Shown here in pieces: positions 43,017 through 51,599 of a stretch of DNA of 56,969 nucleotides; position 1 is the first letter of the stretch, and every line of letters begins with the position of its first letter. The stretch covers positions 1-56,969 of the forward strand of contig JBDKRC010000347.1 in the NCBI GenBank assembly GCA_039683575.1, in the 5' to 3' direction. Under the pieces are notes generated by a model that searched no databases, was not told the origin of the DNA, and worked only from the letters and a program-made list of their open reading frames with translations. The translations under genes and the position numbers were made by a program. Source of the stretch: Armatimonadia bacterium. GTDB lineage: Bacteria > Armatimonadota > Zipacnadia > Zipacnadales > UBA11051.

Positions 43017-46000
43017 ACATCGCTCGTTTTTCAGTTCACCGGCCGGTCGCGATCACGATGCTGATCGCCGCCCCAATGCTGCTTGGGCTCGTGTGCTTGC
43101 TCCGCCTCCCGGTGGACCTGCTGCCCAAGGTCTCGTTGCCGACCATCGCAGTGATGACTACCTGGCCCAATGTGGCCCCGCAGGAGATCGAGTCGCAGGT
43201 CACGCGGCCGATCGAGGAAGCTGTGTCGGCGGCGCCCAACCTCTACCAGGTCAGCTCCAACACGAGCGAAGGCAGTTCGATGGTTCGCGTGCAGTTCCAG
43301 TGGGGCACGGACATCGGGCAGGCCGCGGTGGACGTGCTGCAGCTTGTGGAGCGGGCCAAGCAGACGTTTCCTAATGATGCGACGTTGAAGACGCCGATCA
43401 TTCGGAAGTTTGACCCCAACCAGTTCCCGATCCTGGTCTTTGGCGTTTTTGGCGAGAACGACCCGGTAAAGCTGCGAACGATCCTTACCAACCAGATCGT
43501 GCCAATTGTGGAATCGGCTAATGGCGTGGCCTCAGCCACGATCAGCGGTGGGCAGGAACGGGCGATCATTGTGGATGTGGACCCCGTGCGGCTGCAGGCG
43601 CATCACCTCGCGCTATCGGCAGTCAGCAAGCGGATCGTGGCGGAGAACCTGAACCTGCCGGCTGGTATCGCCAAGCAGGGCGAGACTGAATATGTCATCC
43701 GGAGCCTCGGGTGGGTGAAGAGCCCGGCGGAACTGGCGAAGCTGCCGCTCAGCGCTGAAGGCGGGCGAATCGTAACGCTGGGCGAAGTAGCGCAGGTGCG
43801 TGATGCGCACGAAGAGATGCGCATCTATACCAGGTTCAACGGTGAGTCGTCAGTCGGGCTGGTCATTGCCAAGCAAAGCGACGCCAACACCATCGGCACC
43901 GCCAAAGCCGTGCTGCAGAAGATCGAGCGGGTCAAGCAGCTATACCCGAACCTCACCTTCGGTCTGGCTTACAACCAGGCAGAATACATCGAGACCTCCA
44001 TCAACGACGTGAAGATCAGCGCCCTGATCGGCGGCTTTCTTGCCATTCTGATCCTGCTGTTCTTCCTGCGCAACATCCGCAGTACCATCGTGGTGGCGCT
44101 CTCGATTCCGACTGCCATCATCTCGACCTTCTCGCTGCTCTACCTGTGCGGGTTCACACTGAACACCATGTCGCTGGGCGGTCTCGCGCTGGCGACGGGC
44201 TTGATCGTGGACGATGCGGTGGTGGTGCTGGAAAACATCTTCCGTCACATGGAGCGCGACGGCAAGGGGATCTGGCAGGCGGCAATCGACGGCACGAGCG
44301 AGATTCTGTCGGCGGTGTTCGCGTCAACCTGGACCATCATGGTCGTCTTCCTGCCGCTGATCTTCATCAAGGGCCAGGCGGGGCAGATGTACACGCAGTT
44401 CGCGCTGGTGGTCATCTTCTCGCTCGCGGTGTCGCTGGTCGTGGCCGCGACCCTGGTGCCGATGCTGGCGACGCGGTTGATCTCGGGCGAGGCGCATGCC
44501 GAGAACCTGAACGGCACGCGTGAGCATCTGACTTTCACGCAGCGCGTCTTCCGGCGCTGGGGCGAGTGGTTCGAAGCGCTTGACGCGTCATACCGCAACG
44601 GGCTGCAGTGGGCGCTGGGGCACAGGCTGTGGGTGGTCGGAGGGGCGCTGGCGATCACGCTGGCTGCGTTGCCGCTGATTCCCCTCGTTGGCATGGAAAT
44701 GATGCCGATGACGGATAGCGGCGATTTCAGCATCAGCATCAAGATGCCGGTGGGGACCTCGCTGGAGCATACCAACCAGGTGATGCTGCAGGTAGAGAAG
44801 ATCGTGCGGGCGGATCGCAACGTGGCGACAGCCTTCGCGGCGGCGGGCGCCAACATGCGTTCCAGCGGCACTACGGGCTCCGCCGTGCCGTTCCAGGGAT
44901 CGGTAACGGTAAAGCTCAAGGAAGGCAAGCGGATGTCCACTCCGGCGGTCATGCGCAGCATGCGCAGGAAGCTCTCGGCCCTGCCGGGAGTGTCGCCGCG
45001 CCTGGAGCAGAATGACCTGGTGTCACAGTTGATGACCGGTGGTGGCCAACGGCTTGATGTCATCATCTTCGGCGATGATTTGGCCACGCTGTCGAGCCTG
45101 TCGCGAGACGTCATGAGCCGGCTGCGCAGCATCCCGGGGCTGGAGAACCTGGACGTGAACTGGCAGGAGGCCATGCCGGAGGTGCAGTGGCAGGTCGATC
45201 GTGACAAGGCCAATAACCTGGGCCTGAGCTTCTCCGACGTCGCCAACACGATCAACACGGCGACCAACGGCACCATCGCCAGCTATTACCAGGAGAAGGG
45301 GTTCCAGTATCCCATCATCGTGCAGGTGCCGGAGGACCAGCGCAAGACGGTTGCCGACATGCAGAACCTGATTGTGACGCCCAGCAGCGGTACCGGACCC
45401 GGGATCGTGCTGAGCCAGATCGCCACCTCCAACTATGGCACCGGCCCGAGCCAGATTACGAGGCAAGACCGGCAGCGGTACATTTCCGTGACTGGTACGC
45501 CACAGGGGCGGTCGCCGGGTGAAGTGCAAAACGACATCAAGCGGGCGCTGGGCGAGATGACGTTCCCCACCGGGTACTATTGGGACTGGGGCACCAACCA
45601 AAAGCGGCAGGCAGAGGAGTTCAGCGGGATGGGGCTCGCGGTCATTCTGGCCATTGGGCTCATCTACATGCTGCTGGCCTCGCAGTTCGAGGCCTTCCTG
45701 CACCCGTTCACGATTTTGCTGACGGTGCCGCTGGCGGCCACTGGCGTGACGCTGGCGATGTTCCTGACCGGGCGGCCCTTTGGGCTGACGGCGTTCATCG
45801 GCATGCTGATGCTCGTGGGGATTGTAGTGAAAAACGGCATCCTGCTGGTGGATTACACCAACAGGCTCCGGGCGGGGGGGATGCCGACGCGCGAGGCGTT
45901 GCTGCGAGCGGGGCCGACCCGCCTGCGACCCATCTTGATGACCGCCTCGGCGGCCATGCTGGGGATGCTGCCGATCGCCAGCGGCCTCGGGAAGGGGTCG

Positions 46001-46177
46001 GAGGTTCAGGCGCCCATGGCCACAGCGGTGATCGGTGGCCTGATGACTTCGACGATTCTGACGCTTTTCGTGGTGCCCGTGGTGTATTCGCTGCTTGACG
46101 GTCTGGCGGGGCGCGTGCAGGCGCGGCGGGCTGCGCGGTCTGATGAACCTGTAGAGGTAGTTGAACGTGATGCTTGA
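43013..46177 (+). CDS. RND efflux permease (AcrB/HAE1-like)
   Basis: Intact proton-relay motifs GLIVDDAVVVLENI, VKNGILLVD and RLRPILMT; TTG start overlapping the upstream stop. Confidence 0.96.
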   Translation: MNIARFSVHRPVAITMLIAAPMLLGLVCLLRLPVDLLPKVSLPTIAVMTTWPNVAPQEIESQVTRPIEEAVSAAPNLYQVSSNTSEGSSMVRVQFQWGTDIGQAAVDVLQLVERAKQTFPNDATLKTPIIRKFDPNQFPILVFGVFGENDPVKLRTILTNQIVPIVESANGVASATISGGQERAIIVDVDPVRLQAHHLALSAVSKRIVAENLNLPAGIAKQGETEYVIRSLGWVKSPAELAKLPLSAEGGRIVTLGEVAQVRDAHEEMRIYTRFNGESSVGLVIAKQSDANTIGTAKAVLQKIERVKQLYPNLTFGLAYNQAEYIETSINDVKISALIGGFLAILILLFFLRNIRSTIVVALSIPTAIISTFSLLYLCGFTLNTMSLGGLALATGLIVDDAVVVLENIFRHMERDGKGIWQAAIDGTSEILSAVFASTWTIMVVFLPLIFIKGQAGQMYTQFALVVIFSLAVSLVVAATLVPMLATRLISGEAHAENLNGTREHLTFTQRVFRRWGEWFEALDASYRNGLQWALGHRLWVVGGALAITLAALPLIPLVGMEMMPMTDSGDFSISIKMPVGTSLEHTNQVMLQVEKIVRADRNVATAFAAAGANMRSSGTTGSAVPFQGSVTVKLKEGKRMSTPAVMRSMRRKLSALPGVSPRLEQNDLVSQLMTGGGQRLDVIIFGDDLATLSSLSRDVMSRLRSIPGLENLDVNWQEAMPEVQWQVDRDKANNLGLSFSDVANTINTATNGTIASYYQEKGFQYPIIVQVPEDQRKTVADMQNLIVTPSSGTGPGIVLSQIATSNYGTGPSQITRQDRQRYISVTGTPQGRSPGEVQNDIKRALGEMTFPTGYYWDWGTNQKRQAEEFSGMGLAVILAIGLIYMLLASQFEAFLHPFTILLTVPLAATGVTLAMFLTGRPFGLTAFIGMLMLVGIVVKNGILLVDYTNRLRAGGMPTREALLRAGPTRLRPILMTASAAMLGMLPIASGLGKGSEVQAPMATAVIGGLMTSTILTLFVVPVVYSLLDGLAGRVQARRAARSDEPVEVVERDA

Positions 46178-47576
46178 GTCTCGTTGTCGCGTATTGATGG
46201 TCGTCTCACTGCTACTGCTTGCGGCCGGGCGCGTATTGGCGCAGCCCACGCCGCCGGTAGTGCCCAAGACCGTGGAGGTGCAGTTGCCGCCGCCGGTCGA
46301 GCTGCCGCCGCCGGATAAGATGCCTGAGGGCGTCACGACAGCGCCCATCGCGGCCGACGAAGCTGCGGCAATTGCGCTTTACAACCAGCCGGCAGTGACA
46401 GTAGCCGGTGCGGGGATTGAGGCGGCGAGGGGCCGCACGGCGCAGGTACGGTCGGGACTGAAGCCGACCGTCGGAGTCTCGGCGGCTGTGAACGCCTCTG
46501 AGGTTAGCGGGGCCCCGGCGGGTTCCTCCGGGGGCGCGCCGTCGCACTACCAGCTTGAGGCGTCGGTGGAACAGCTCATCTATGACTACAACCACACGCG
46601 GGATCTCGTTAAGCAGTCACTCGAGCAGGAGAAGGCTGCAACCGCCGCGCTGACGACGGTGCAGGGCGACCTGGTGCTGAGCGTCAAGCAGGCATTCTAC
46701 GGCCTCCTGGAAGCGCAGCGGCTGGTGACGGTGGCGGAGTCCAATGTGCGTAACCAGCAGCAGCACCTGGCGCTGGCGCAGGCGCGGCTGACGAGCGGGC
46801 TGGGGCTGCCGTATGATGTGGTGCGGGCCCAGACGGCCTACACCGACGCGGTGTATGGGCTGACGGTGAGCCGCAACCGGGCGTCGCAGGCACGAGTGGC
46901 GCTGGCGGAGATGATGGGGCTGGACCCGCGGACGCCGCTGGTGCCCGCGGAGTCAGTGGAGCCACCGCCGGCCACGGAAGTCGTGGGCGAGATGGTGAAC
47001 CAGGCCCAGCAGCAGCGGCCGGAGGTGCTGAGGGCCGAGGCGGCGATTCGGGCGGCGGAGTTTGCGGTGTCGGCGGCGCGCACGGTGAATTCCCCGGCGG
47101 TCGTCGGGAGTCTCGGCATGACGCGTCGCGGAGACGATTTCTTCCCGAGCACCAACGTGACGACGCTGGGCGTCGAACTGCAGTGGACGCCCTTTGACGC
47201 GGGCTTTACCCGGGGGCGGGTGCAAGAGGCGGAGGCGAACCTGGCTGCGGCGAGGGCACAGCTTGACGCGGTGCGCCTGCAGATGACCGGCGAGGTTTCA
47301 CAGGCGTACCTGGACCTGAAGACGGCGGAGCAGCGAGCCGTCACAGCGGAGACGGAAGTGACCAACGCGCGCGAGGCCGTGCGGCTGGCGGAAGGACGCT
47401 ATCGGGCTGGGCTGGGCGTGTTCATCGATGTGCTCGACGCTCAGACCGCGCTGGACGTGGCGAATATCAACCAGGTGAACGCGCAGACGGCGGTGGAGCA
47501 GGCGCGGGCGGCGCTGGAGCACTCGACGGGGGCGGGGTTGGCGAGGCTGCGGGCGGTGATGGGGGAGAGGAAGTAG
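46170..47576 (+). CDS. TolC-family outer-membrane efflux protein
   Basis: Signal peptide; VKQAFYGLL, RPEV, VSQAYLDL, RYRAGLG.FIDVLDAQ. Confidence 0.93.
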   Translation: MLESRCRVLMVVSLLLLAAGRVLAQPTPPVVPKTVEVQLPPPVELPPPDKMPEGVTTAPIAADEAAAIALYNQPAVTVAGAGIEAARGRTAQVRSGLKPTVGVSAAVNASEVSGAPAGSSGGAPSHYQLEASVEQLIYDYNHTRDLVKQSLEQEKAATAALTTVQGDLVLSVKQAFYGLLEAQRLVTVAESNVRNQQQHLALAQARLTSGLGLPYDVVRAQTAYTDAVYGLTVSRNRASQARVALAEMMGLDPRTPLVPAESVEPPPATEVVGEMVNQAQQQRPEVLRAEAAIRAAEFAVSAARTVNSPAVVGSLGMTRRGDDFFPSTNVTTLGVELQWTPFDAGFTRGRVQEAEANLAAARAQLDAVRLQMTGEVSQAYLDLKTAEQRAVTAETEVTNAREAVRLAEGRYRAGLGVFIDVLDAQTALDVANINQVNAQTAVEQARAALEHSTGAGLARLRAVMGERK

Positions 47577-47585
47577 AGGGGTAGA

Positions 47586-47735
47586 CTGTAGGGCGGGGGC
47601 TCCGTACCCCGCCTGCCGTTATCTACGACTGCCCGAGCGGCGGGGTACGGAGCCCCCGCCCTACAGCCCGAGCGGCGGGGTACGAGCCCCCGCCCTACAG
47701 CCCGAGCGGCGGGGTACGGAGCCCCCGCCCCACAG
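47586..47735. repeat. REP family A cluster: one forward copy and three tandem inverted copies
   Basis: CTGTAGGGCGGGGGCTCCGTACCCCGCC then 35/34/35-nt units GCCCGAGCGGCGGGGTACG(G)AGCCCCCGCCCYACA, between convergent genes. Confidence 0.9.
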
Positions 47736-47762
47736 TCGGAGTGGCGTTCCGGCGCAAGTCTG

Positions 47763-48410
47763 CTACTTGAAGATCACATTTAGCTGTCGCGGCCAGTACT
47801 TCACGTGGCCGTCGAGGTAGAGGATGTTTGAGGAAGCGTAGAGGCCCCCGTGGAGCTTTTGCGACTCGGAACTCAGGTTGCAGTTCCAGTCGGAGGCCAG
47901 GAAGTAGTCGCTGTCCCACGCGTCGGTCATTACCCTCGGTGTATCCCCATACTTTTTGAAGTAGAAGAAACGGTCAATCCAGCCGAGCCAGCCGTTGGCA
48001 TCGGTGGAGGCGGGTGCGGTGCTGGGCAGGCCGTCGAAGGACCAGTAATAGTAGGTGATGTTGCCTGCAGCGCGGTTGGCGGGGGTATCCTGCAGGTAGC
48101 CAATCTGCGTGCGCGGCGCGGAGGGGCAGTAGAGTATGCCCATGCTCTTCATGTAGGGGTCAAGCTGGCGCACCAGGCGCAAGTGGGAGTTGCAGATGTG
48201 GTCATCAACGGGCAGGCAGCCGTCGTAGTCCCCGGCGTACATCAGCGAGGAGACCCCGATCTGGCGCAGGTTGGACAGACAGGTGGTCTTGCGGGCGGAC
48301 TCGCGGGCGCGGGCGAAGACTGGGAAGAGAATGGCTGCCAGTATCGCGATGATGGCGATGACGACGAGGAGTTCGATGAGGGTGAAGCCTGCGCTGCGTT
48401 TGGTGCGCAT
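47763..48410 (-). CDS. Prepilin-type N-terminal cleavage/methylation + H-X9-DG-like (DUF1559) protein
   Basis: [41 protein letters not shown]...LYCPS...[19 protein letters not shown]. Confidence 0.95.
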   Translation of the reverse strand: MRTKRSAGFTLIELLVVIAIIAILAAILFPVFARARESARKTTCLSNLRQIGVSSLMYAGDYDGCLPVDDHICNSHLRLVRQLDPYMKSMGILYCPSAPRTQIGYLQDTPANRAAGNITYYYWSFDGLPSTAPASTDANGWLGWIDRFFYFKKYGDTPRVMTDAWDSDYFLASDWNCNLSSESQKLHGGLYASSNILYLDGHVKYWPRQLNVIFK

Positions 48411-48443
48411 GAGCGTTCGCCTGCCTGTTCGGAGATGATGATT

Positions 48444-48471
48444 GTCGGTTCGGGACGAACCGACCTACGCG
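48444..48471 (-). repeat. GTAG-type REP, family C, overlapping the ABC ATPase stop codon
   Basis: Minus strand CGCGTAGGTCGGTTCGTCCCGAACCGAC; its TAG (48465-48467) is the stop codon. Confidence 0.8.
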
Positions 48472-49136
48472 GAATCTATGCGCCCCGCTCTTAGCTGTAC
48501 CCGGCGTGCGGCGCGTGCTTCCACTGCCGGATCGTGCGTTACGACTACCACTGTGTGCCCCGCTTGCTGGTATTCCGCCAGATAGTCCATGATCTGCTGA
48601 CCCGTGTCCGTATCAAGGTTGCCGGTTGGCTCATCGGCCAGGAGCAGCCAGGGCTGGTTGATGACCGCGCGGGCGATGGCGGTGCGCTGGCGCTCGCCGG
48701 TGCTTAGCTCGGAAGGGCGGTGGTGGGCCCGCGGCGTCATGCCCATGCGCTCCAGCAGGCTCAGCGCCCGCTCGCGGGCTTCGCTGCCCGGCATTTGCAC
48801 CAGCCGTGTTGGGAGCAGTACGTTTTCCAGTACGGTCAGGTAGGGGACCAGGTGGAACATCTGGAAGACGAAGCCAACGTTGCGCGCCCGGTAGTTGGCA
48901 CGGGCGGGGCCGCTTAGCTGATACAGGTCCTGTCCACCGATGACGACGCTGCCGGCGGTCGGTCGGATCATGCCGGCAAGGGTGAGGAGCAGGGTGGACT
49001 TGCCGCTGCCGCTGGGGCCTCGGACGGCCAGGAACTCGCCCTCGGGGATCTGGAGCGTGACGGCGTCGAGGGCGCGGACTTCGCCGCGTCGGCCCTGATA
49101 GGTTTTGCTTACCTGCTGCAGGTCAATCAACGTCAT
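48465..49136 (-). CDS. ABC transporter ATP-binding protein (LolD/MacB type)
   Basis: [41 protein letters not shown]. Confidence 0.96.
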   Translation of the reverse strand: MTLIDLQQVSKTYQGRRGEVRALDAVTLQIPEGEFLAVRGPSGSGKSTLLLTLAGMIRPTAGSVVIGGQDLYQLSGPARANYRARNVGFVFQMFHLVPYLTVLENVLLPTRLVQMPGSEARERALSLLERMGMTPRAHHRPSELSTGERQRTAIARAVINQPWLLLADEPTGNLDTDTGQQIMDYLAEYQQAGHTVVVVTHDPAVEARAARRVQLRAGRIDSA

Positions 49137-50272
49137 TCCTCCGTGAGCGTCACTGCCGGGTCCTGAGTGACCGCGGCCATGGTGGGGAGCAGGCTGGCGA
49201 GCATGGAAATCGCCATGGAGGCGATCAGGACGCGCGGCAGCAGGTCGGGCTCGGGTTTGACTTTGGCAAGGGTAATGTGGAAGATCTGTGGCCCGTAGTG
49301 GGTAGAGAGCCAGGTCCCGACAGCGAAGCCCACCAGGGCGCCAAGCAGGCCGACAAGGGCCGCACGACTTAGGAAGAGCATGGCCATCCGGCCCGAGTCA
49401 AAGCCCAGGGCGCGGAGGATGCCGATCTCCTGGCGGCGCTCGCGAACGTTCAGCCACGCCAGCAGCGCTACCCAGAGGGCACAGGCGCCGGTTACGACGG
49501 CGACGATGAACTCGACGTTGCGTTCGACCATGTGCCGGGTTTCAGTGCGGGCAGTGGCGATGTTGCGCATCTCGGTGACGTAGGTGTCGGGCAGGACCTT
49601 GGCGATGCGGTCGCGCAGCACCTTGATCGCGCCGCCGCGGCAGAGGCAGCCGAGGGCCTGGATGACATTGATCTCGTTCGGACGATGCAGAATGGTCTGC
49701 GCGTCGGTGAGATGCGTGTAGAGCCGCGCGTCCTCTTTGCTGCCATCCTCGACCATGCAGCGCTCGACCTTGAGCGGCACCCCCTCGACCTCGATCTTGT
49801 CCCCCTCTTTGATCTTCAGCGCCCGAGCGATGGCGAAGCCGACGTAGCACTGGCCGCGCGGGACCTGGTAGCCCATCGGCTCCTTGCCAGGGGCGTCGAC
49901 GGCGTTGCGCTCGGGCAGGACGCCGGTCACCAGGACCTCGAGGCCGTGCCAGGGGAGCTTGCCCTGCAGCGTGGCGACGTAGTGGTCGGCGCCGATGCCG
50001 GGGGTGGTGGCGAGCTTGTGGACGTACTTGTCGGGCATGTGGGATTTGATCTCGTCGCTGCCCCAGTAGGCGGCAAGGTCGCCGGGACCGGGCAGGATGA
50101 GCAGGTTGAAGCCGAGGTCGCGCATGAGACGCCGGGTCTCGTTGTTGGCGGCCCGGCCGATGCCCGTGAGGGCGACGACGAGGGTGGCGGCCGCCGCCAG
50201 GGCGACGAAGGCCAGAGTGAAGTTCAGCCAGCGAAGACGGATTTCACGGAGCATTAGCGACAGGGGGGACAT
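49133..50272 (-). CDS. MacB/FtsX-type ABC permease with a periplasmic CLC motif
   Basis: Four-transmembrane layout, [34 protein letters not shown]. Confidence 0.92.
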   Translation of the reverse strand: MSPLSLMLREIRLRWLNFTLAFVALAAAATLVVALTGIGRAANNETRRLMRDLGFNLLILPGPGDLAAYWGSDEIKSHMPDKYVHKLATTPGIGADHYVATLQGKLPWHGLEVLVTGVLPERNAVDAPGKEPMGYQVPRGQCYVGFAIARALKIKEGDKIEVEGVPLKVERCMVEDGSKEDARLYTHLTDAQTILHRPNEINVIQALGCLCRGGAIKVLRDRIAKVLPDTYVTEMRNIATARTETRHMVERNVEFIVAVVTGACALWVALLAWLNVRERRQEIGILRALGFDSGRMAMLFLSRAALVGLLGALVGFAVGTWLSTHYGPQIFHITLAKVKPEPDLLPRVLIASMAISMLASLLPTMAAVTQDPAVTLTEE

Positions 50273-50273
50273 G

Positions 50274-51473
50274 CTAACTCCTCTTATGACTGCGCCAGGC
50301 CATGACGGCGGCGCCGCCGACCACGGCAACGGTTACGGCCGCGCCTACCAGCCCGGCAGCGCGCCAACTGCGGTTCTCGATACTGGCACCCTCGTCGTCT
50401 TCGTCATTCTCGTTCGCGGCGTCTGGGTCCTTCGCCGGCGCGGCGGTATCGGGATCAACGGAGAATTCCACATAGCCTGTGGTCGGGTCAGGAACGGTGT
50501 CTCCGGGGACGAGCGCGCCATCGGCAGGTCGGAGGGTCTTCCAGACGCCAGAGAGCGTGGTCGCGACGGCGGGGCTGTTGGGATCGAAGCCAACGACCTC
50601 GCGCACCTGCTGCTGGCGGTCCTGGCCCCAGTTGAGGGGCAGGGCGGGGCCGATCAGCGAGGTCGGGTCGGCGGTGCAGGTGCAGTTCTTGCCCATCAGG
50701 CGCAGAGTCTCGAGGAGGCGGGGAGTGGTGGCCTGAGTAGCGGTGAGGACGGGGCCAACGCGCCGCCCACGGCCGAAGAGAACCGCCACCCGTGCCTGGC
50801 GGTGGCTGCCATCATCGAGGCCGAGGCTCCAACGCAGGACCTGCTCGCGGTCGTCATCCCACCTGGTGCGCAGTACCGGCGGCACCGACTTGATTGTGTG
50901 ACCCATCTCCGGCTTGAAGCCGACCATCTGCCGGGCGGCGGCGGTGGCGGCGTCAACGACCTTGCGATTCTCCGCCGTGTCTGCCCCCTCTACTACCAGG
51001 ATCACGGCCCACTCGGTGACAATCTGGCTCATGATCTTGTCGCGCAGGGGCGACTCCACTACCTCGCGCAGCAGCGCCGTGTATGCCTGTTCGCCGGTCA
51101 GCCTGGCAGGGGCCTTCAGGGCCATGGCCTCGCCACGCGGGGAAAGCAGGACGTACTGGGCCTCATGGCCCTCGGCACCGAGTGCCTCGGCTTTCTGTAC
51201 GAGTGTGTCGTCTTTGTTGCTACCGTCCACCATGACAGCCTCGACGTCCGCGTGGTCGAGGGCGAGGGCGGCAGCCTTGCGGAGTTGCTCGCGCTGGGCC
51301 GCCAGAGCAGCCTCGCTGGCATTGCACACCACGACCCCGAAGCGGTAGGGGACAGGGTCGGTTACGATGAAGCCCGCGTCGCGGATTGAGTACGGACAGG
51401 CGCTGGCGAGCGTCACTGCCAAGGCGAAGGGAATGATGATTGAGAGCCTTCGAAAAGCGTCCATGGTGGCCAT
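50274..51473 (-). CDS. Exported, C-terminally anchored hypothetical protein with N-terminal Cys and a CTC motif
   Basis: Signal peptide ending ASA-CPYSIRDAGF, AVLFGRGRRVG, KNCTC, acidic linker, transmembrane segment + RSHKRS. Confidence 0.85.
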   Translation of the reverse strand: MATMDAFRRLSIIIPFALAVTLASACPYSIRDAGFIVTDPVPYRFGVVVCNASEAALAAQREQLRKAAALALDHADVEAVMVDGSNKDDTLVQKAEALGAEGHEAQYVLLSPRGEAMALKAPARLTGEQAYTALLREVVESPLRDKIMSQIVTEWAVILVVEGADTAENRKVVDAATAAARQMVGFKPEMGHTIKSVPPVLRTRWDDDREQVLRWSLGLDDGSHRQARVAVLFGRGRRVGPVLTATQATTPRLLETLRLMGKNCTCTADPTSLIGPALPLNWGQDRQQQVREVVGFDPNSPAVATTLSGVWKTLRPADGALVPGDTVPDPTTGYVEFSVDPDTAAPAKDPDAANENDEDDEGASIENRSWRAAGLVGAAVTVAVVGGAAVMAWRSHKRS

Positions 51474-51599
51474 TTCAACACGAGCAGTCCAAATACCTAC
51501 GTGTAATTCCGTTGCAGGTATGGCATGTTCTTGTGCCGAAGACTTCGCCCAACCGTACCGTTCCCTTCGAACAATCGTCGGTCAAACGGAGAGACCCTC

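Noticed and set aside
47586-47735. Possible CRISPR array (about 35-nt repeats)
   Set aside because: Units are directly adjacent with no unique spacers, no cas genes are present, and the unit matches dispersed REP copies.
51521-51534. Possible sigma54 promoter TGGCATGTTCTTGT
   Set aside because: The -12 element is GT rather than GC and no enhancer-binding protein gene is nearby; too weak to call.
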